DNA from: Ministeria vibrans ATCC 50519
Taxonomy: Eukaryota > Protista > Filasterea
Direction of reading: 5' to 3'
Assembly (NCBI GenBank): GCA_943704425.1
Contig: CALSCP010002427.1
Coordinates: 1-64,000 of the forward strand
Length of the DNA stretch: 64,000 nucleotides
A program made the translations under genes and the position numbers. The notes under the pieces were generated by a model that made no database searches, was not told the origin of the DNA, and saw only the letters and a program-made list of their open reading frames with translations. Below, one piece after another: positions 45,701 to 60,700 of this stretch (the stretch's first letter is position 1; the number at the start of each line of letters is the position of its first letter).

Positions 45701-48700
45701 CTGAGCGTCCACATAGAGAGAGCCGCCACTACCACCGCCCGCATCGGCCGCACTGCCGTCAGCCGCGGCCGCCGTCACCGTGCCGTCCACCGTGACCGAA
45801 CCCGACGCAGTCACACTCAGCATGCCACCGCCAGCGCCACCAAGGGCACCGCCAGCCGCGTTGCCTCCGCCACTTCCCGCATCCACGGGCACAAACACAT
45901 CGCCATAGGCGGCAGCGCCTCCAGCATGTGACGCACCACCACCGCCATTGGAGCCCGCACCGCTGCCCAACTCGGCGGCCGGGCCAAGCTCCGCCGCGCT
46001 GAGTGTGGCACCCGAACGCACCGCCAGACTGTCGGTGAACAGAGTCGCCTCGGCCGTGACAAAGCGCGAAAGGTAATTCAACGTGGTCGACGTGCCCACC
46101 ACAAGGCTGGTCGCCTGATAGGTGATTGTCGAGCCTTCGCGTGCCAAAAACGCATTGAAGACTAGTTCGCCGCGTGGCGACGCCGCTGCATACACTCCCT
46201 CGACAATCTGAGCAGTGCGTGCGGTCGACGCCACCGCCAGAGTACGCCATGTGGCCACCGTAAAGTCGTGAACGCCACTCATGGTTCCCGCCAGGGTAAA
46301 GGACGCGCCCGTAATCGTGGTGGTCGCCGGGAAGCGCACCTCCGCATCCTCGTCAACGACAAACGACGCGGGAATGCGCGATATGCGCGTCGTCGACTCT
46401 GTCGTGTCCACATTCACCACAACATTGTTCAGAACGTGTACGGTGCCGCTCATGTCGCCCATCAAGCTTGAAATGCTCATGGCGTTGTCCACGGATGCCG
46501 TCGCGTTGACGGCAACAACCGGCGCGGTGGGGCCCGACAGTTGCTCCAGCTGCAGCTGCGCCAGGCCATTAAGGTGCAGCTGCGACAGTTGAACGGTCGT
46601 TGCGTTGCTAATAATCGTGCGGCGACTCGTCGCCAGACCAGCATTGTCTACGTGAAGCACCGACTCGACAACAGCACCGGTGCGCGTCTGTTGGTAGCCC
46701 GTGCCTGAAGCACCTGGTGTCGCGCTCGCCGTGCCGCCGTGCACCACAAACGTACCACTCCACGCGGGAGCCGAACCGTCGAGAACCACCGCCGCTCGGC
46801 CACCCGAACCACCGCCACCCGTGCCGTCTCCAGCGCCTCCTGTCACACTCACAACGCCCGTGCCGCTCAGCGCGTCGCTACACACAATATAGACACTGCC
46901 ACCAGAGCCACCGCCGTTGTTCGACGTGGCGCTGGCGGCCTCTCCGTCACTCGACACCTTGCCGTCGAGCACAAGGGTTTCGGCGCTCACCGAGAGTACA
47001 CCTCCTGCACGCCCTGCGCCTATACCCCCGCTACCGTCGCTGCCGTGGCTGACGGGTGCCGTAAACGACCCATACGGTTCGTCCGTCAGCGACTGTCCGC
47101 CATACGCTCCGCCCGTCGTCACACCATTGCCCAGACCGGTCGCCGAGATCTCACCGGAAGGATCTACCTGAAGCGCCACAACGCCAAGCGAGAGCCAGGG
47201 CGACACAATGGCACCGCCGTAGCGCACGCGCGTGTACACCGAGTCAAGAATCATCGCCTCGACCGTGCCACTCTCAAAGGTCACCACGCCACCGTCGCCC
47301 ACGAGGAGCGTCGGCATCTTGATCGAACCCACCGCCTGCGTGACGGCCGTTGACGCCGTGCGCGCCGTCGCCTCAAACAGCACCTCGGCCCCACCATCGA
47401 CATCAATCGAGTTGACGCCACGCATCATGCCGCCCAGTGAAAAGGCAGGTGCAGGCGTGCGGCGTACATGGAGTGCCGGCGGAAGGAATACCACAGACTC
47501 GGCAGCAATGCGAATGGCACACGGCAGCGCGAATGCCACACTCGTGTCCACGCCTCCAGTCACTTGAAGAGCCACCGTTTGGTTGGTCGGGACGAACAAG
47601 ACACCGCTGTAGTCGCCGGTCAGCTCGGAAATGGACGTCGAGGCCAACACGTACGGCACAGGAATCACCGTCACATGCGAGCCACCACGAATGTCGACGC
47701 GGCCCAAGTCAAGCACGTCGTCACCCGAGGCTGGCAAGAGCACGGTCGCAGCGGAAGTACTTGTACCAGCGTTATTGATGAACACTCGCTGTACCGTGCT
47801 GCCATCCGTCGTCTGAAAGCGCTCATAGGCGGTGCCCGATGCACCCGCTTCATTGCCACTCGCACCGCCTCGCACGTCAAGAGCCCCCACAAAGGTCGTC
47901 GACGAAAAGGGTGTCACCATCGCAACGCGACCACCGCTGCCACCACCGCCGTTCGCACCATCACCTGCACCGCCACGTGCCACCACACGTCCGTTGCCGG
48001 ACATGCCACCGGCACTCACGTACACACTGCCGCCACTTGCGCCGCCGCCGTTGTTCGTACCATCCGCACCGTCCGCATTAAGTTCGCCGTCAATGCGAAC
48101 GTCGCCTCCGGCGCTCACAAAAATAACACCTCCTCCAATCGCACCGGTAGCACCCGAGCCCACGCCGCCGGGACTGCCAGGCACCAAAGGCGTCAAAATG
48201 TTGCCATGACCTGCTCCACCTAAACCGCCCACACCGGCGCCGCCTTGGCCGCCGTGCGCTCCACCGCCGCCCCCAGACACAGCGTCGGCGCCCGCGCCGT
48301 ACGCACTCGTGGCTCCACGTCCTGCCACGGTCACCGTTGCATCCGATTCAATCGTCAGCGTCAACACGTTCACCTCGATCAAGTCACCGGATACCACGGC
48401 ACCCGTCTGGACCACCAGAGACGTGCCCGTCAGCGTCGCATTGCTCATCAGACTCACTTGTGCACCACCCGCAACCGTCAGCGACGAAAAAGCAAAAGCA
48501 GTTGCCGCGTCACCGCCAATCAGGTAGGCATTCACACGTCCGGGTGTCGTGAGCGACATGCTCACAGCTTCGCCAACGGTCAGCACCGACGGCACAATCA
48601 GGTCACCCCGAATGTCGTAGCCGGCACTCGAGGCGAGCGTGAGTGACACCCCCACCGACAACAAATTGGCCGTGGAGCCGTCGGGAATGGTCAGTCCACA

Positions 48701-51700
48701 GGTCATTTCGCTTGTGGCCGCCGTCATCGCCGACACCGTAAAGGTCTGCTGCAAAGCGCTCAGCGTTACGCGACAGCTGCGCTCGTCGGCATACAGCTGT
48801 TGAGCCGTCACCGACGATACAATGTCGCCCAACACGATGCGTGCACCGCCCACCAATGACAGGGTCGTCAACACAAGGTCGCCGCCGAAAAAGTCCACAA
48901 CAGTCGAGCCAACCGCAAGACTGTCGGCATTGTCGACATACAACGTCTTGATGCCCTCCTGTTGTTTCTCCACAAAAACGGTACCGCCCGCACCGTAGAC
49001 GTAGCCTTCGCCACCCTCGGCAAGAATCGAGCCGGTAAAGAGGTACGACTCGGCAACGTTGATGTTGGCGCGACCACCGCCACCACCGCCACCCAGACCC
49101 GCGGCATTTCCACCACGCACATCCAGTTGTCCGCCTCCCGCAAGTGTCACTGTCTGTACCGTCAGCGACCCACCCGCACCACCACCGCTGTTCGACGTCC
49201 CCTCGCCGCCGCGCACGTCAATCACACCGTCCACATAGAGACGCACGAAAATCGACAGACGAATCTGTCCACCGCCACGTCCACCGTTAGCACCGCCGCC
49301 GTGACCTCCGTAGCCCAGCGGTTCGTTGATCGTGCCAAACGAAACGCCTCCCACTAAAGCATCGGCGCCAGCACCACCTTCGCCACCGTGACCACCGCCC
49401 GAGCCCGACAGTGTCGACGCAACACCATCGCCGGCAGACACCACCGGTGAGCCAAGTTGACGGCCTTCAATAATTACCTGACCACCATCGAGAACCACAA
49501 TCTCTTCGGCGGTCACGACAGTGTCGACCGTGCCCGTCGTGTCGCCAAGGAACGTCAAAGTCGCTCCGTCACGCACCAGAATCATGTTGAAATCATAGCT
49601 CTTTGCCACAAGAAAACAACTTTCGCCGGCCGTCAACTCGAGCTCCAACGAGTCCTCCCCATTCGGGCACTCCACCCCCGACAAAAAGCTCGCGTACACA
49701 TGCGGCGTTGGGTCGCCAATTGTCGAATTGAGTGCGGCCACAACTGTCGCCGTGATCGTCACGGTCGACGCCGCCTGAAGAGTGTCCACCTCGAGAGTGA
49801 CCGGTCCCGGCGAGGCAAGCAGCGATGTCGTTGAGTTCGCCAAAACACTTGCAAAGGCAAACGTGCCTGCCGACGCGCCGCTCGTATGTGCCGTCGTGCC
49901 CATCGACAGCGTCGCGCCATGCTGTAGCACCACGTCGTTCACACCCGACAGTGCTGCGCTGCGATCCACCGACAACACAAGCCGTTCGCCGCGCAGCGTC
50001 AGAGCCGCCGCGAGAGACACCGTCGCCGTGTCGTACGCGTACACCGAGAACGGCAGCGTCAACGGATCGCCCGTGCCCAACGTGGCCGACTGCTCGCCGA
50101 GCAAGTGCAACGCTCCTTCGCCCGCACTGCCGCTCACTGTCGTCGCCGAAAACACCGCAGTTCCATTCAGCGCGTCTCCCTCGACCACGAGATGGCCGCG
50201 AACGTCCAGCGTACCAAATGCAACGACGGGACGCAATGGGTCAAATGGGAACCAGGCGCGGGCACTGTCGGTCGTGACGGCAAGCGCAGCATTCACAACA
50301 ATAGCCGTCGAACTGGGCCGCGCACGTCCATTGTCCACAACCAGTCGTCGCCCAGCGTCACCGGCACCCTTCACCTGTTGCAAGACGAGTCCCGGCCCGC
50401 CCGTCTCTACGCGACTCGCGCCGCCCACCGACACAAACTCGACGGCCCACTCAGTGGCAAGTGCCGTGTCCGTCTCGACATAGATGAGACCGCCGCCACC
50501 GCCACCGCCGCCAGCATCGAATACCGTCTCGTTGATGAAGCCGCTGCCGCCACTGGCATCAACATGTCCTCGTCCGCTCATGGACGCAGCCGAAATCTGA
50601 ATGGATCCGCCACTGCCACCACCGCCGCCAGAGGCAAGCGCCGCTTCGCCCACCGCCGAAATGCGTCCGTTCACGGCAATGTCACCACCGGCCACAATTG
50701 ACAGGTAGCCGCCGCCCGCACCGCCAACCAGAGAGCCGCCGCCGCCGCCACTGCCAAACGCCACGGGCGCAAACACGTCGCCATAGGGTTCGCCGTGAAC
50801 GCTCGTTCCACTACCCGCGCCACCCACACCACCGTGCGAGCCCCCCGAGCTGCCCAGCACGTCGGTCACACCTGCACCGACACCCACGCCCGCAAGCTCG
50901 CCACCGCCGTCCACGGAAATGGACGCCGAGGCAGCAACGCTAACACTGAGGGCACTCGCAATAGTCAGACGGCGACCCACAATGCGCGACTCGACTGCAA
51001 GCGACGTCACGTCTAGAGTGTACTCACTCTCCGTACGGTTCATGGTCAGCACCGAGTCGCCCTCGACGCTGAGCGATTCAAACGCAACGCGAGCTGCAAC
51101 TGCCGACGTCAGCAGTGGCGCCACAGCGCCCGACGGGCCCACGTCCACATGGGAGTTTTCCATCGTTAGATTTTGTGCGCCCACCACCGTGCCGTCTATC
51201 ACACTCACATGGTCGAGTAAACGTACGTCGTTCGGACAGTAAAATACACCATTCGACTCGACTGTCATGGCCACCGGCAGGTAGAGCGAAGTTTCCAGCG
51301 AGCTCAGCACGCGTGCAATATCGGGCTGGAACAAGAAGAAACTCGACGAGAAGGAGGTAAAGGCGGACACAAATATGCGCGCACTGTTGTCGCCTGACAG
51401 TTGCGTCGCGACCAGCGTGGCATTGTCGCTGCCCAAATTCAGCTGTGCGGCGCCCGTCATGTTCACCAGCGCAAACGTGTGGCTGGTCGACGACGTGCCC
51501 AACAGCGTTTGCGACTCGGTCAACACGCCCGCATTGTCCACCATCAACACCTGATCCTCTTGGTTGGGTCCGAGCGTGTCGCGCGTAAACACCGTGCCTG
51601 AGGCACCGCCCAGCACACCGCTGCCGCCCGACGTGCGGAACGGACCCGAATACGTGTTGGTGACAAAGTGCATCGAGATACGTCCGCCTCCTCCACCATT

Positions 51701-54700
51701 GCCCACCAGGCTTTCACCCGCGCCTCCTGTCACGTGCACACCGCCTTGGCCACTCAGCAGATAGGTCTCGACAAAAATAGAGCCGCCCGAGCCTCCACCA
51801 CCCGTCACGGCGTTCGCTCCTACGCTCAACATGTCTCCCTCAATGTTCACTTCTGTCGTGGCGCGCACGTCAATCACTCCGCCAGCGCGTGCCGCGCCTC
51901 CACCACCTCGACTGCCCACTTCGAGAGCATAGTCAAGTGATCCGTACGCACGCGAAATGCCCACTCCGCCACCAGCACCGCCGTAGCTACCGCCATCGTT
52001 GGCACCCACACCGTCACCCTGGCCACTGATGTCACCCGCAAGGGCCGTCAGTGTCGCACTGCGCTCGACAAACAGCGAGTCGACATCGAGACGCAGCAAA
52101 TTCGCTTCGAGTGCGCCGCCCGTCGATACGTTCACAGTTGAAGCAACAAGTCCCAAAAACGTGTAGGTGTCTTCGCTGTCAAACACAAGATGACCTCCGC
52201 CGCCAACCGTGAGCTGTTGCACTCCTTGAATTTGAGTCAAGGTATGCCAGCTTCGGTCCACCATGGAGCGCACACGGAACATTCCGCCGGCTCCAATAGT
52301 GGCGTTAGCAATCGAGCCGACATAGCCACTCACGTCGATGGTCACGTCAGTGTAGGTGAACACTGGCGGAAAGGCTGTCTCGCTGCCACGGTACGCGTAC
52401 ACCGACGACGCCAGTGTGGCCGAACCCTCAAGGCCAATGGAAAAGGCGACACCCTCGCGAATGTGCACACCTCCAGTCCGGTCGCCATCGAGGCTCGCCG
52501 TCGACACACTCGCGTTGACACCGCCCATCGGCAGGAACACCACATGACCACCGCCGCTCAGCAGCAGGTCGCTGAAGGCATACGAACTGGCATCCAGCAC
52601 CCACGCGTGTCCCGTGCCAATCGTAGACAGGTCCGTGAGCGCACCCTGCGACGCATCCGACAGTCGCACCGTCGATGGTGCGGCGCCGTCGTTGTCGACA
52701 AGCAGACGAACCAGAGTCCCATTGACAATGTACGCCGTGCCCGGTGCCCCGCTCGCCGCCACACCGGCACCGCCGCGTGCATACAAGCTAATGGTCGCGG
52801 CCGTCTCGGTGGTCGTCACGAGCGCCACGCGACCGCCCGCACCGCCGTGAGCGCCCGACAGCACACCCACACCGCCATTGGCACTGAGCGTTCCATTGCC
52901 CACCACCTGTGCACCGACATTCACATAAACAGACCCGCCTGCACCGCCACCGCCCGATGCACCATCCGCACCCGTCGCAGTCACGTTGCCCTCAAGCACT
53001 AGCACGCCCGTCACTTCAATACTAATGACACCGCCACCAGCGGCATCGCCACCACCACTGCCCGCCAACACAGGATGCGCCAAGGAACCATAAGGCTCGC
53101 CACCCGATCCCGACTTGCCACCATGACTACCACCTCCTTGAGCGGTGGTGGCCGCGCCGGGTCCGCTCATGGCTGCAAAGCCGCCCTCATTCGCATGAAT
53201 CAAGCCACCCTCTTCAAGCGTCAAGTTTGCTGTTGTAAGCGAGAGCGAATCTGCCGTCACAATGCCGCCACCGCGCACCGTCACGTCCGTGCTCACCGCC
53301 AACGTCATTGCGTTGCCCGACACAGAGCCACCATTGTTCACCAGCAGTGTGTCCAGTACAATCTTGCCGGTGGTCGTTGTATCCGACGGCGCTGTTGCTG
53401 TGTCGCCCACCACCAGTGAACCACTCTGCTCGACTGTGAGCTCGCGAAGGCCGTCAAGCGAGCCAGCAACGTTCAACGACGTGCCGCGAACTGTCACTGT
53501 TGTCGGTAGAATTGCCGATCCATTCACGTACACCACCAAAGAGGCGCCCAGAGGCGATTGAACCGAGTGAATCTCGACCGACTGGGTGGCGTCTACGTGC
53601 AGAGCACCCGTACCGTCGCCCACAAGCGATACATTTAAAGCACCCGAGCCGCGCAACAGCAAATGCCCGTTGCGCAGCAGGACAATCTCATCAAAGCCCG
53701 TGTGCGTGCTGGGCACGTCGAGCCAAGTACGTGTCGTGTCCTGCGACAGGGGCGACCGCACCAACTCAAAGAACATGTCATGATTGGCATTGTCAACGGT
53801 GAGCGTACGATGCGTGCCATTCAGCTTCATGAGAGTGCCCGCTCCGCCCGGCTGCGCAATGCCAAAGGCACCCGACGATCCGCCGTTTGCAAGCCAGTCG
53901 CCAGAGAAACCGCTGCCTGAAGCTGAAAAACGTGCACTTACACGTCCACCACTGCCACCACCGCCACCAACGAGCGTCGAGCCTCCAAGACTCGCGCCAT
54001 TCGCACCGCGCGCCCGAATCGTACCCTGTCCCGTCAGCGAACCCGCCGACACATCAATAAAAATCGAACCGCCCGCACCTCCACCACCGCCCGTCTGCGA
54101 CACGGCATCTGCGCCGTCCGCATTCACAACACCATCAATGTGCACCAGCGTCGTCGCTGTCAGGCGAAGCACACCGCCGCCAGCACCACCGCCACGATCG
54201 TTGGCGCCTCCCGACCCTCCGCAACCGCCAGGCAAAATGGTTTCTTCACTGTCGCCAAAGGGTGTCGCTGTCGTAGACGTTGCAGGCGTGCTCACACCTC
54301 CACTACCACCATGACTGCCGCCACTGCCACCACCCGAACCATTCGAAACACCAAGACCGTCGCGTGTGGCATTACATGCACCATGCAGTCCGTTTGCTGT
54401 CGTGTCCGTCACACCCGCCACACTCACCAGGGCACCCTCGTCAATCGTAATGGTTGGCGAACTCACGTGAACGTTTGAGCCAGCCAGACTGCTGCCGCCC
54501 GAAAGTGACACGCTGCTCGACGCAAGCACGGTCAGTCGCGTCGCGTCGCCAACCACACCGGTCGACATCATCGAGCCCGTGTCGATGGCCAACGACGACA
54601 ACGACCATGTGCCCGCTGGCGATGCGTCACCCACACGTGATTCGACACCGGCAATAAGCGTGCCCAGCGGTGCCACTGTGATGTCAGTCACGCCCGTGAT

Positions 54701-57700
54701 GGTCCCATTGTTTGCCAACGTCACATTGAGCACCGTGGTCGCGGCGGGAGCAGCCAGCGTCGCTCCAGTCGTGACATACGCGCTCGCGGGCAACGCGCCA
54801 CTCGTCACCTCCCAATTCCCACTGCTACTACTGCTGTACGCCGTGATGGTGGCTGTCGAACTGGGGCCCACGTGAAGAGCACCACTCGTATCACCAAGCA
54901 GTGTGTTCATTGTCAAATCCGCAGGAGCATCGTCGAGAACAGCCACATGAGCTCCGCCCGTCACCGCAAGCACGTCCACATCGACAGCGCCTCCATCAAA
55001 CATCGAGGCAGACAGCCAAGTACGTGCAGCGTCCGACAGCACATCGATGGCCGAGTGCGACGCCGTCGTGCGCGAGCCAAAATATATCTCGACCTGTCCG
55101 ACCGAAACAAAAGTGCCGGCGTTCGCACTCGTCAGCGCCAGCGTCACATTGTCGACACGTCGATCAATGGTCACATCAAAGAAATCGCCATTGACGCAGT
55201 CGGTGTTCGCAATGGGCGATGGCACCTCGTGCGAGTGAGCCGTCACCAAGCCGTCGTAAGATGAACTCACGGCAAACGTGGTTTCGTACGTCGCAGCGCC
55301 GCACACGGGGAAAATTCGCACGCGCGACACAAGGGACGCGCGCGGAAGGCTCACAAGAAGCGTGCCAGTGGCTTCCTCGAGCGCAAGTGCCGTCATCGCG
55401 CCCACCACGCTCGTCACTGCATTTTCAACACCACCCACGGTGGTCACGTTGTCGACAATGTCCGCCATCTCGCGAACCGTTCCCGAAATCACACGGAGCA
55501 CAACGCCGTTGGGGGCCGTGTACTGCAACAGGCTCGCTGCCACACCATTTTCAAGTTGCCACAATTCATCGGGCAGAACACGCTCGGTGCTGGGCAGACG
55601 CTGCCCATTGTCCAACGTCAACGACCGAGTGCCGTTCCCAGTGCGATACACAGTCCCGGCTGCACCAGGCTCGCGCGTACTCTCACCGCCTTGCGCCAAC
55701 AGATGCCCATGGAACAGTGACTGGTCGTTAGCATCGACACAAATGCGTCCGCCACCGCCACCACCACCGCCGCTTGCGCCACCTGCACCACCGGTCACAC
55801 GTACGGTACCTGCTCCGCCAAACGATGGCGTCACAATCCACACTGAGCCACCCGAGGCGCCGCCACCCAACGCCGATGTCGCCGACGCACCTCTCGCGTC
55901 GACGAGCCCCTCAAGGGTCATCTTGTTTGCAGCCGCAACCTTAAGGATGCCAGCTATGGCCGGCGAAGGAGTGGTCACACCGCCGGGCGAACCATAGGCA
56001 CTTGGCGACGTCACGCTGCCGTAAGCCAACGGAGCGTACTGACGCGTGTCGCTGCGTCCTCCTGCGCCACCATGCGAACCGCCGGTGGCCGCACCAATAC
56101 CGCCGTCCGTGGTCAAATCAAAGCCTGCTCCCGAAAAATTGGAAGCAACAAAGTCACTAAAGGAGGCCGAAGGTACAGACAACGTGACGGTCGCGCCCGC
56201 GTGAACAATCACTTCGTCCACATCGACAAACAGAGACGAGGCAGTCACCGCGCCGCCACCATCCACCTCAAAAGTAGTGCCGCGCAAAGTGCGCGTGCGC
56301 AAAGCATTGCGCGAATTCAGCAACCCACCGCTGCGCACGCGCATCGTGGTAAAAGTTAGTTCCTCGGTAGGGGCGCCCGACGCGTCAATCATTTCGTTCA
56401 GGTGTATCTCGGCAGCAGTGCCACCCACAACGAGGTTGTCCACCCCACTGAGGCGACCGTCAAACGTCGCCACAACCGAGCGCACCGCCATGGTATTGGG
56501 CATGACCGCTTCGCCTTGCTCGTACACATGCAAGTGTGCCGGAACCGTTGACGTGCTCGTCGTCAACATTTGAGTCGGTCCCACATGTAGTTTGCCCGTC
56601 AAATCACCAAAGATCTGCTGGCACACGGCCGCTGCATTCACCGTGTCCATGCCAAAGCGAACGTGTGCGCCTCCATACACATGCAACTCGGTAATATTCA
56701 CCGAGCCCACCAGCATGGTGCGCGCCTCGTCACTCGCCACATCGTTGTACGTGCCAAGCGTAATGATGGAGGTGGCCACCGCAGTGGCAGCACCCTCATT
56801 GTTCACGTACACACTCATGTTTGTACCACTAGCAGCCGCCACCGTCACCGTGCCCGCCGCGCCAGACTCGGTCACACCGCTGCCACCCACGGCGGCAAAT
56901 CGACCTGAGAATTCAACGCTACCGCCGTACACCACGGTCGCTCGTCCGCCTGCGCCTCCGCCACCACCCGTCGCAGCATCTCCGGCACCACCCGACACAT
57001 CCACAAGCGCGCCATAGTCACCCGCCAACGTTTCACTCACTGTCACGTAGACCATGCCTCCCGAGCCACCGCCTCCAGCAGCACCAGTCGCAGTCCCTCC
57101 AACAGCACGAATGGTACCATCCAAATTTACACGACGGGCACTCACGGCAATCACTCCACCGCCTGCGCCCGCACCATGCGTCAAAAATACCGCAGCGCCT
57201 CCGGTGCTGCCGCTATCGTTGAGATACAGTGACTGGGCACGAGCAAGCGTGTACGCCGGCGGAACCACACTGCTGAAGCTGTCCCCGTGAGAATATGGCA
57301 ATCCGCGGACGGCAGTTCCAGTACCACGTCCACCTGCACCACCGTGACCGGCGCCACTACTGCCACTGGCAGCGGCGGTACCAACACCAAGGCCGCCCGC
57401 GGTAACAACCGCGTCGGCATGCACAACACCACCCGATTCAAGCACCACCGAATCGTGCGACAACAACATGTGGGTGCCCAAAAGCGTGCCGCTGCTCTTC
57501 ACCAACAGCGACGTGCCATTCACGTGGGCAAGTGGAAACGCTTCACTTGTTCGCAACTCGAGCGACGACGACGTACCGACCGTGAGCTCCGACACGCAAT
57601 AGGGCGACGCCACAGCACCCATGTCCAACACGACCGAACAGCTACGGCGCAAATCAAATTGTCGAGTCAATCCCGGCGACACAGTGCCTTCCAGCAGCAA

Positions 57701-60700
57701 CTCGCTGTCGACACACGTCAGGCTGTCGTGCACACTCCACGTGGCTCCCGCACTCACATGAATGGAAGCGGTCAGGTTTCTGGTGGCCGCTGTGACATCC
57801 AACGTCTGGTTCGCACGCAACACCCACAGGCCCGTGTAGTCACCGAACCAGGCGCCCGTCAAGGTCACGCCCGCGTGCGAGCCAAACAACAAAGAGGCAG
57901 AGCCATTCACGTGGACATTGGTCAAAATCAGTGGTTCGCTCACCTCTGCGGGTGTCTGCAAAACCACTGCAGCGCCTTCGTATGCGGTCCAAGCCAACGC
58001 CTGTTGCGTGTCAGTTGGATCTTCCGTCACGTACACTTCTATGCCATTGAGAGCACTGCTCGTGGCACCCGTCTCACGCGCCAGGTGCACGAGCACGTCG
58101 TCAACACGCTGGCGCACATACAAAATCTGCGCCTCGCCCTGCGTGCATCCCGTAGTCGTCTGCGCCACAGTCTGTACGTCCGTCTCGACACTGCCAAGCA
58201 CAACGCTGACGCGAACGTTCGTGTCGAACAGCAACTCGCACACAGGTGTCACACGCACATGGTCCACATAAAGAGTAGTTGGCAACGCGATTGTGAGCGT
58301 CGCGGACGCAGCCGACGTCGCATACGAGGAGGTGGCATCGCCGCCGGGCGATGCCACATTCGCCAGATTGTTGGCCGTACGGGGTGTGCCAGTCGTCGAG
58401 ATGACCACGCCGCTTGGTGCGATGTACGTCGACGAAGTACCCGTGCCTCCACTGCCACTGGTGAGCATCAACGATTGCACCATCGAGATCCTCGGAGACG
58501 GCGCCGACGTTGTTTGTTCGTTGTCGACGCGCAGCTCTGAGCCTGTCGGTGTCGCCTCGTACACCGTTCCCGCACCACCACGCTGGCTTTCGCCGCTGCC
58601 GCCACGCGCGCGTGACACACCCGCAAACAACGAGCCAGCTTCGCGATGGTACAGCGCGATGCGACCACCGGCACCGCCACCACCGCCACGCGTCGCATCG
58701 TCGTAGCCGGCACCACCGTCAGCGGCAATCACACCACGTCCAGCAATCACATTCGCTTCCATCCACACACTGCCACCGCTTCCGCCACCAGCAAAGTTAC
58801 CTTGCGCCGCCTCGCCCCCGCTCGTCACTGTGCCATCCACAGTCAACGTGTTCGTCACGTTCCATCGCAAGCGTCCGCCGCCCGCACCGCCAAGCAGGCC
58901 TGCGCCGCCGTTGCCACCGCCACTACCAAAGTGCACAGGCATGGTAAAGTCACCGTAGGCAGCGACGCTAAACTCGCGCAAAGCTGCACGTCCACCACGT
59001 CCGCCGTGTCCCGCTCCAGTGCCTCCAGCGGTACCGCCAAGCACATTGGCACTCAGACCGGGAGACATGCCAGAGGCAGCCGCGTCGCCACGCGTCTCGC
59101 TTGTCACAAGTCCACCGCGCGCCACCAAAACGGAGCTAGCGCTCACAAAAAGCGCATTGGCATTCAACTCGCCATTCGCTTTCACTGTCAACGCATCGCC
59201 CACGACAAGGTGTACATCGGGCTCGTCCACAAGAGTATCCACCGTGATCAGACCACCGCTCTGAATGCTCACCGACTCAAACGTGTATGTACTTGCATTC
59301 GTGCCGTAGTCACTTGAGCGACCCTCCGACGACAAGGTCCACGAACCGGCACTTGCCACGGCAACGTGGGTCACCGCACCGCCCATGATGCCTCGCACGT
59401 CCACAAACACACTCGTCATGCGCACACTAAGACTCTCGAGCGCCAGCGTCGCCTCGGGGTACACGTACATGTTCAGGGGCAAGTCGTAGTCGTCCGAGAG
59501 GGCGCGACTGGCCGGATAGCCAAAGGCGGCTACCGGCAGACCATTGTCAACGTACAGGCTCGACACGTGCGGGTAGCCAACGGTCGAAACGGGTGTGTTC
59601 GCGTCCACATAGAGCACACTGAAAGTCTGGTTGTAACCCACATGGACCACACCAGTGCGATCGCCATTGAGGAATCTCGCAGCGAGTGTGAGCGACAGCG
59701 GCGGCGTCGTGGCCGTCGACATAAACGCCAGATGGGCATTGCCGCGTACGTCAATCACGTCGTACAGTTGATCCGTCTCGCCTTCGCCAAAGTTGATCCA
59801 AGTCACGCCGCTCACATCGGTCACGTCGGTGTACACACCATCCGAGATTTCTTGCGTACTCGGCGTCGCACTGCCACCGCCGTCAACAAGAAGATAAGAG
59901 ACATTGGTGGCTGCCGTATTTTGGTACACGGTGCCCGCACCACCATCGTCACTTGCGGTCGAACTGCCGCCCGCCGCCGACAACGTCCCGTTGAATACGG
60001 TCCCAGTCAGACGATACAGCGCAATACGACCGCCACCTCCGCCGCCGCCGCCAGCGCCCGTGCTGCCTCCACCGCGTGCAGTTATGCTGCCGTAGCCGCT
60101 GATGGCGCTGCCACTGACAAGCCAAAGCGATCCGCCAGCGCCACCGCCGCCCGTCGACGCGGTCGTACCGCCATCGGCCGTCACAGTACCCTCAATGACA
60201 ATGGCTTGCGCAGCCGCAAGATAAAGCGCACCACCGCCACGTCCGCCTCGATCACCGCGAATCGCTGGATACACCAGTCCCTGGTCTGTGCCCGGTCCAC
60301 CGGGAGAACCCGAAAGTGTTGGCATGCGCACTGAACCATCAACGCCGCCCACCGTGGTGTGCGTCGTGCCGGCTCCTCCTGTGCCACCATGTCCACCGCC
60401 CGACGCACCTTGCGTCGTGTCGAACACGCCAACACCAGACGTGCCCACAGGCGCGTCAGCATCCAACACATCATAGCCATTTTCAGCAACGGTAAGCACA
60501 CCGCCGTGTTGCACGTCAATGGTACCACCGACCGTGGCCGACAAACGACGGGCCGACAACATCCCACCGCTCTCAACCGTGAGGTCGCCCGTGAGAGCCA
60601 TGGTCACAGTCAGATTAAGTTGGGGTCGCGTAAACGTCAAATTGCCATTGGCTGCAATCCGAAGCGACGCCAAATCCACTGTGTCGTCCACAGTAGCCCC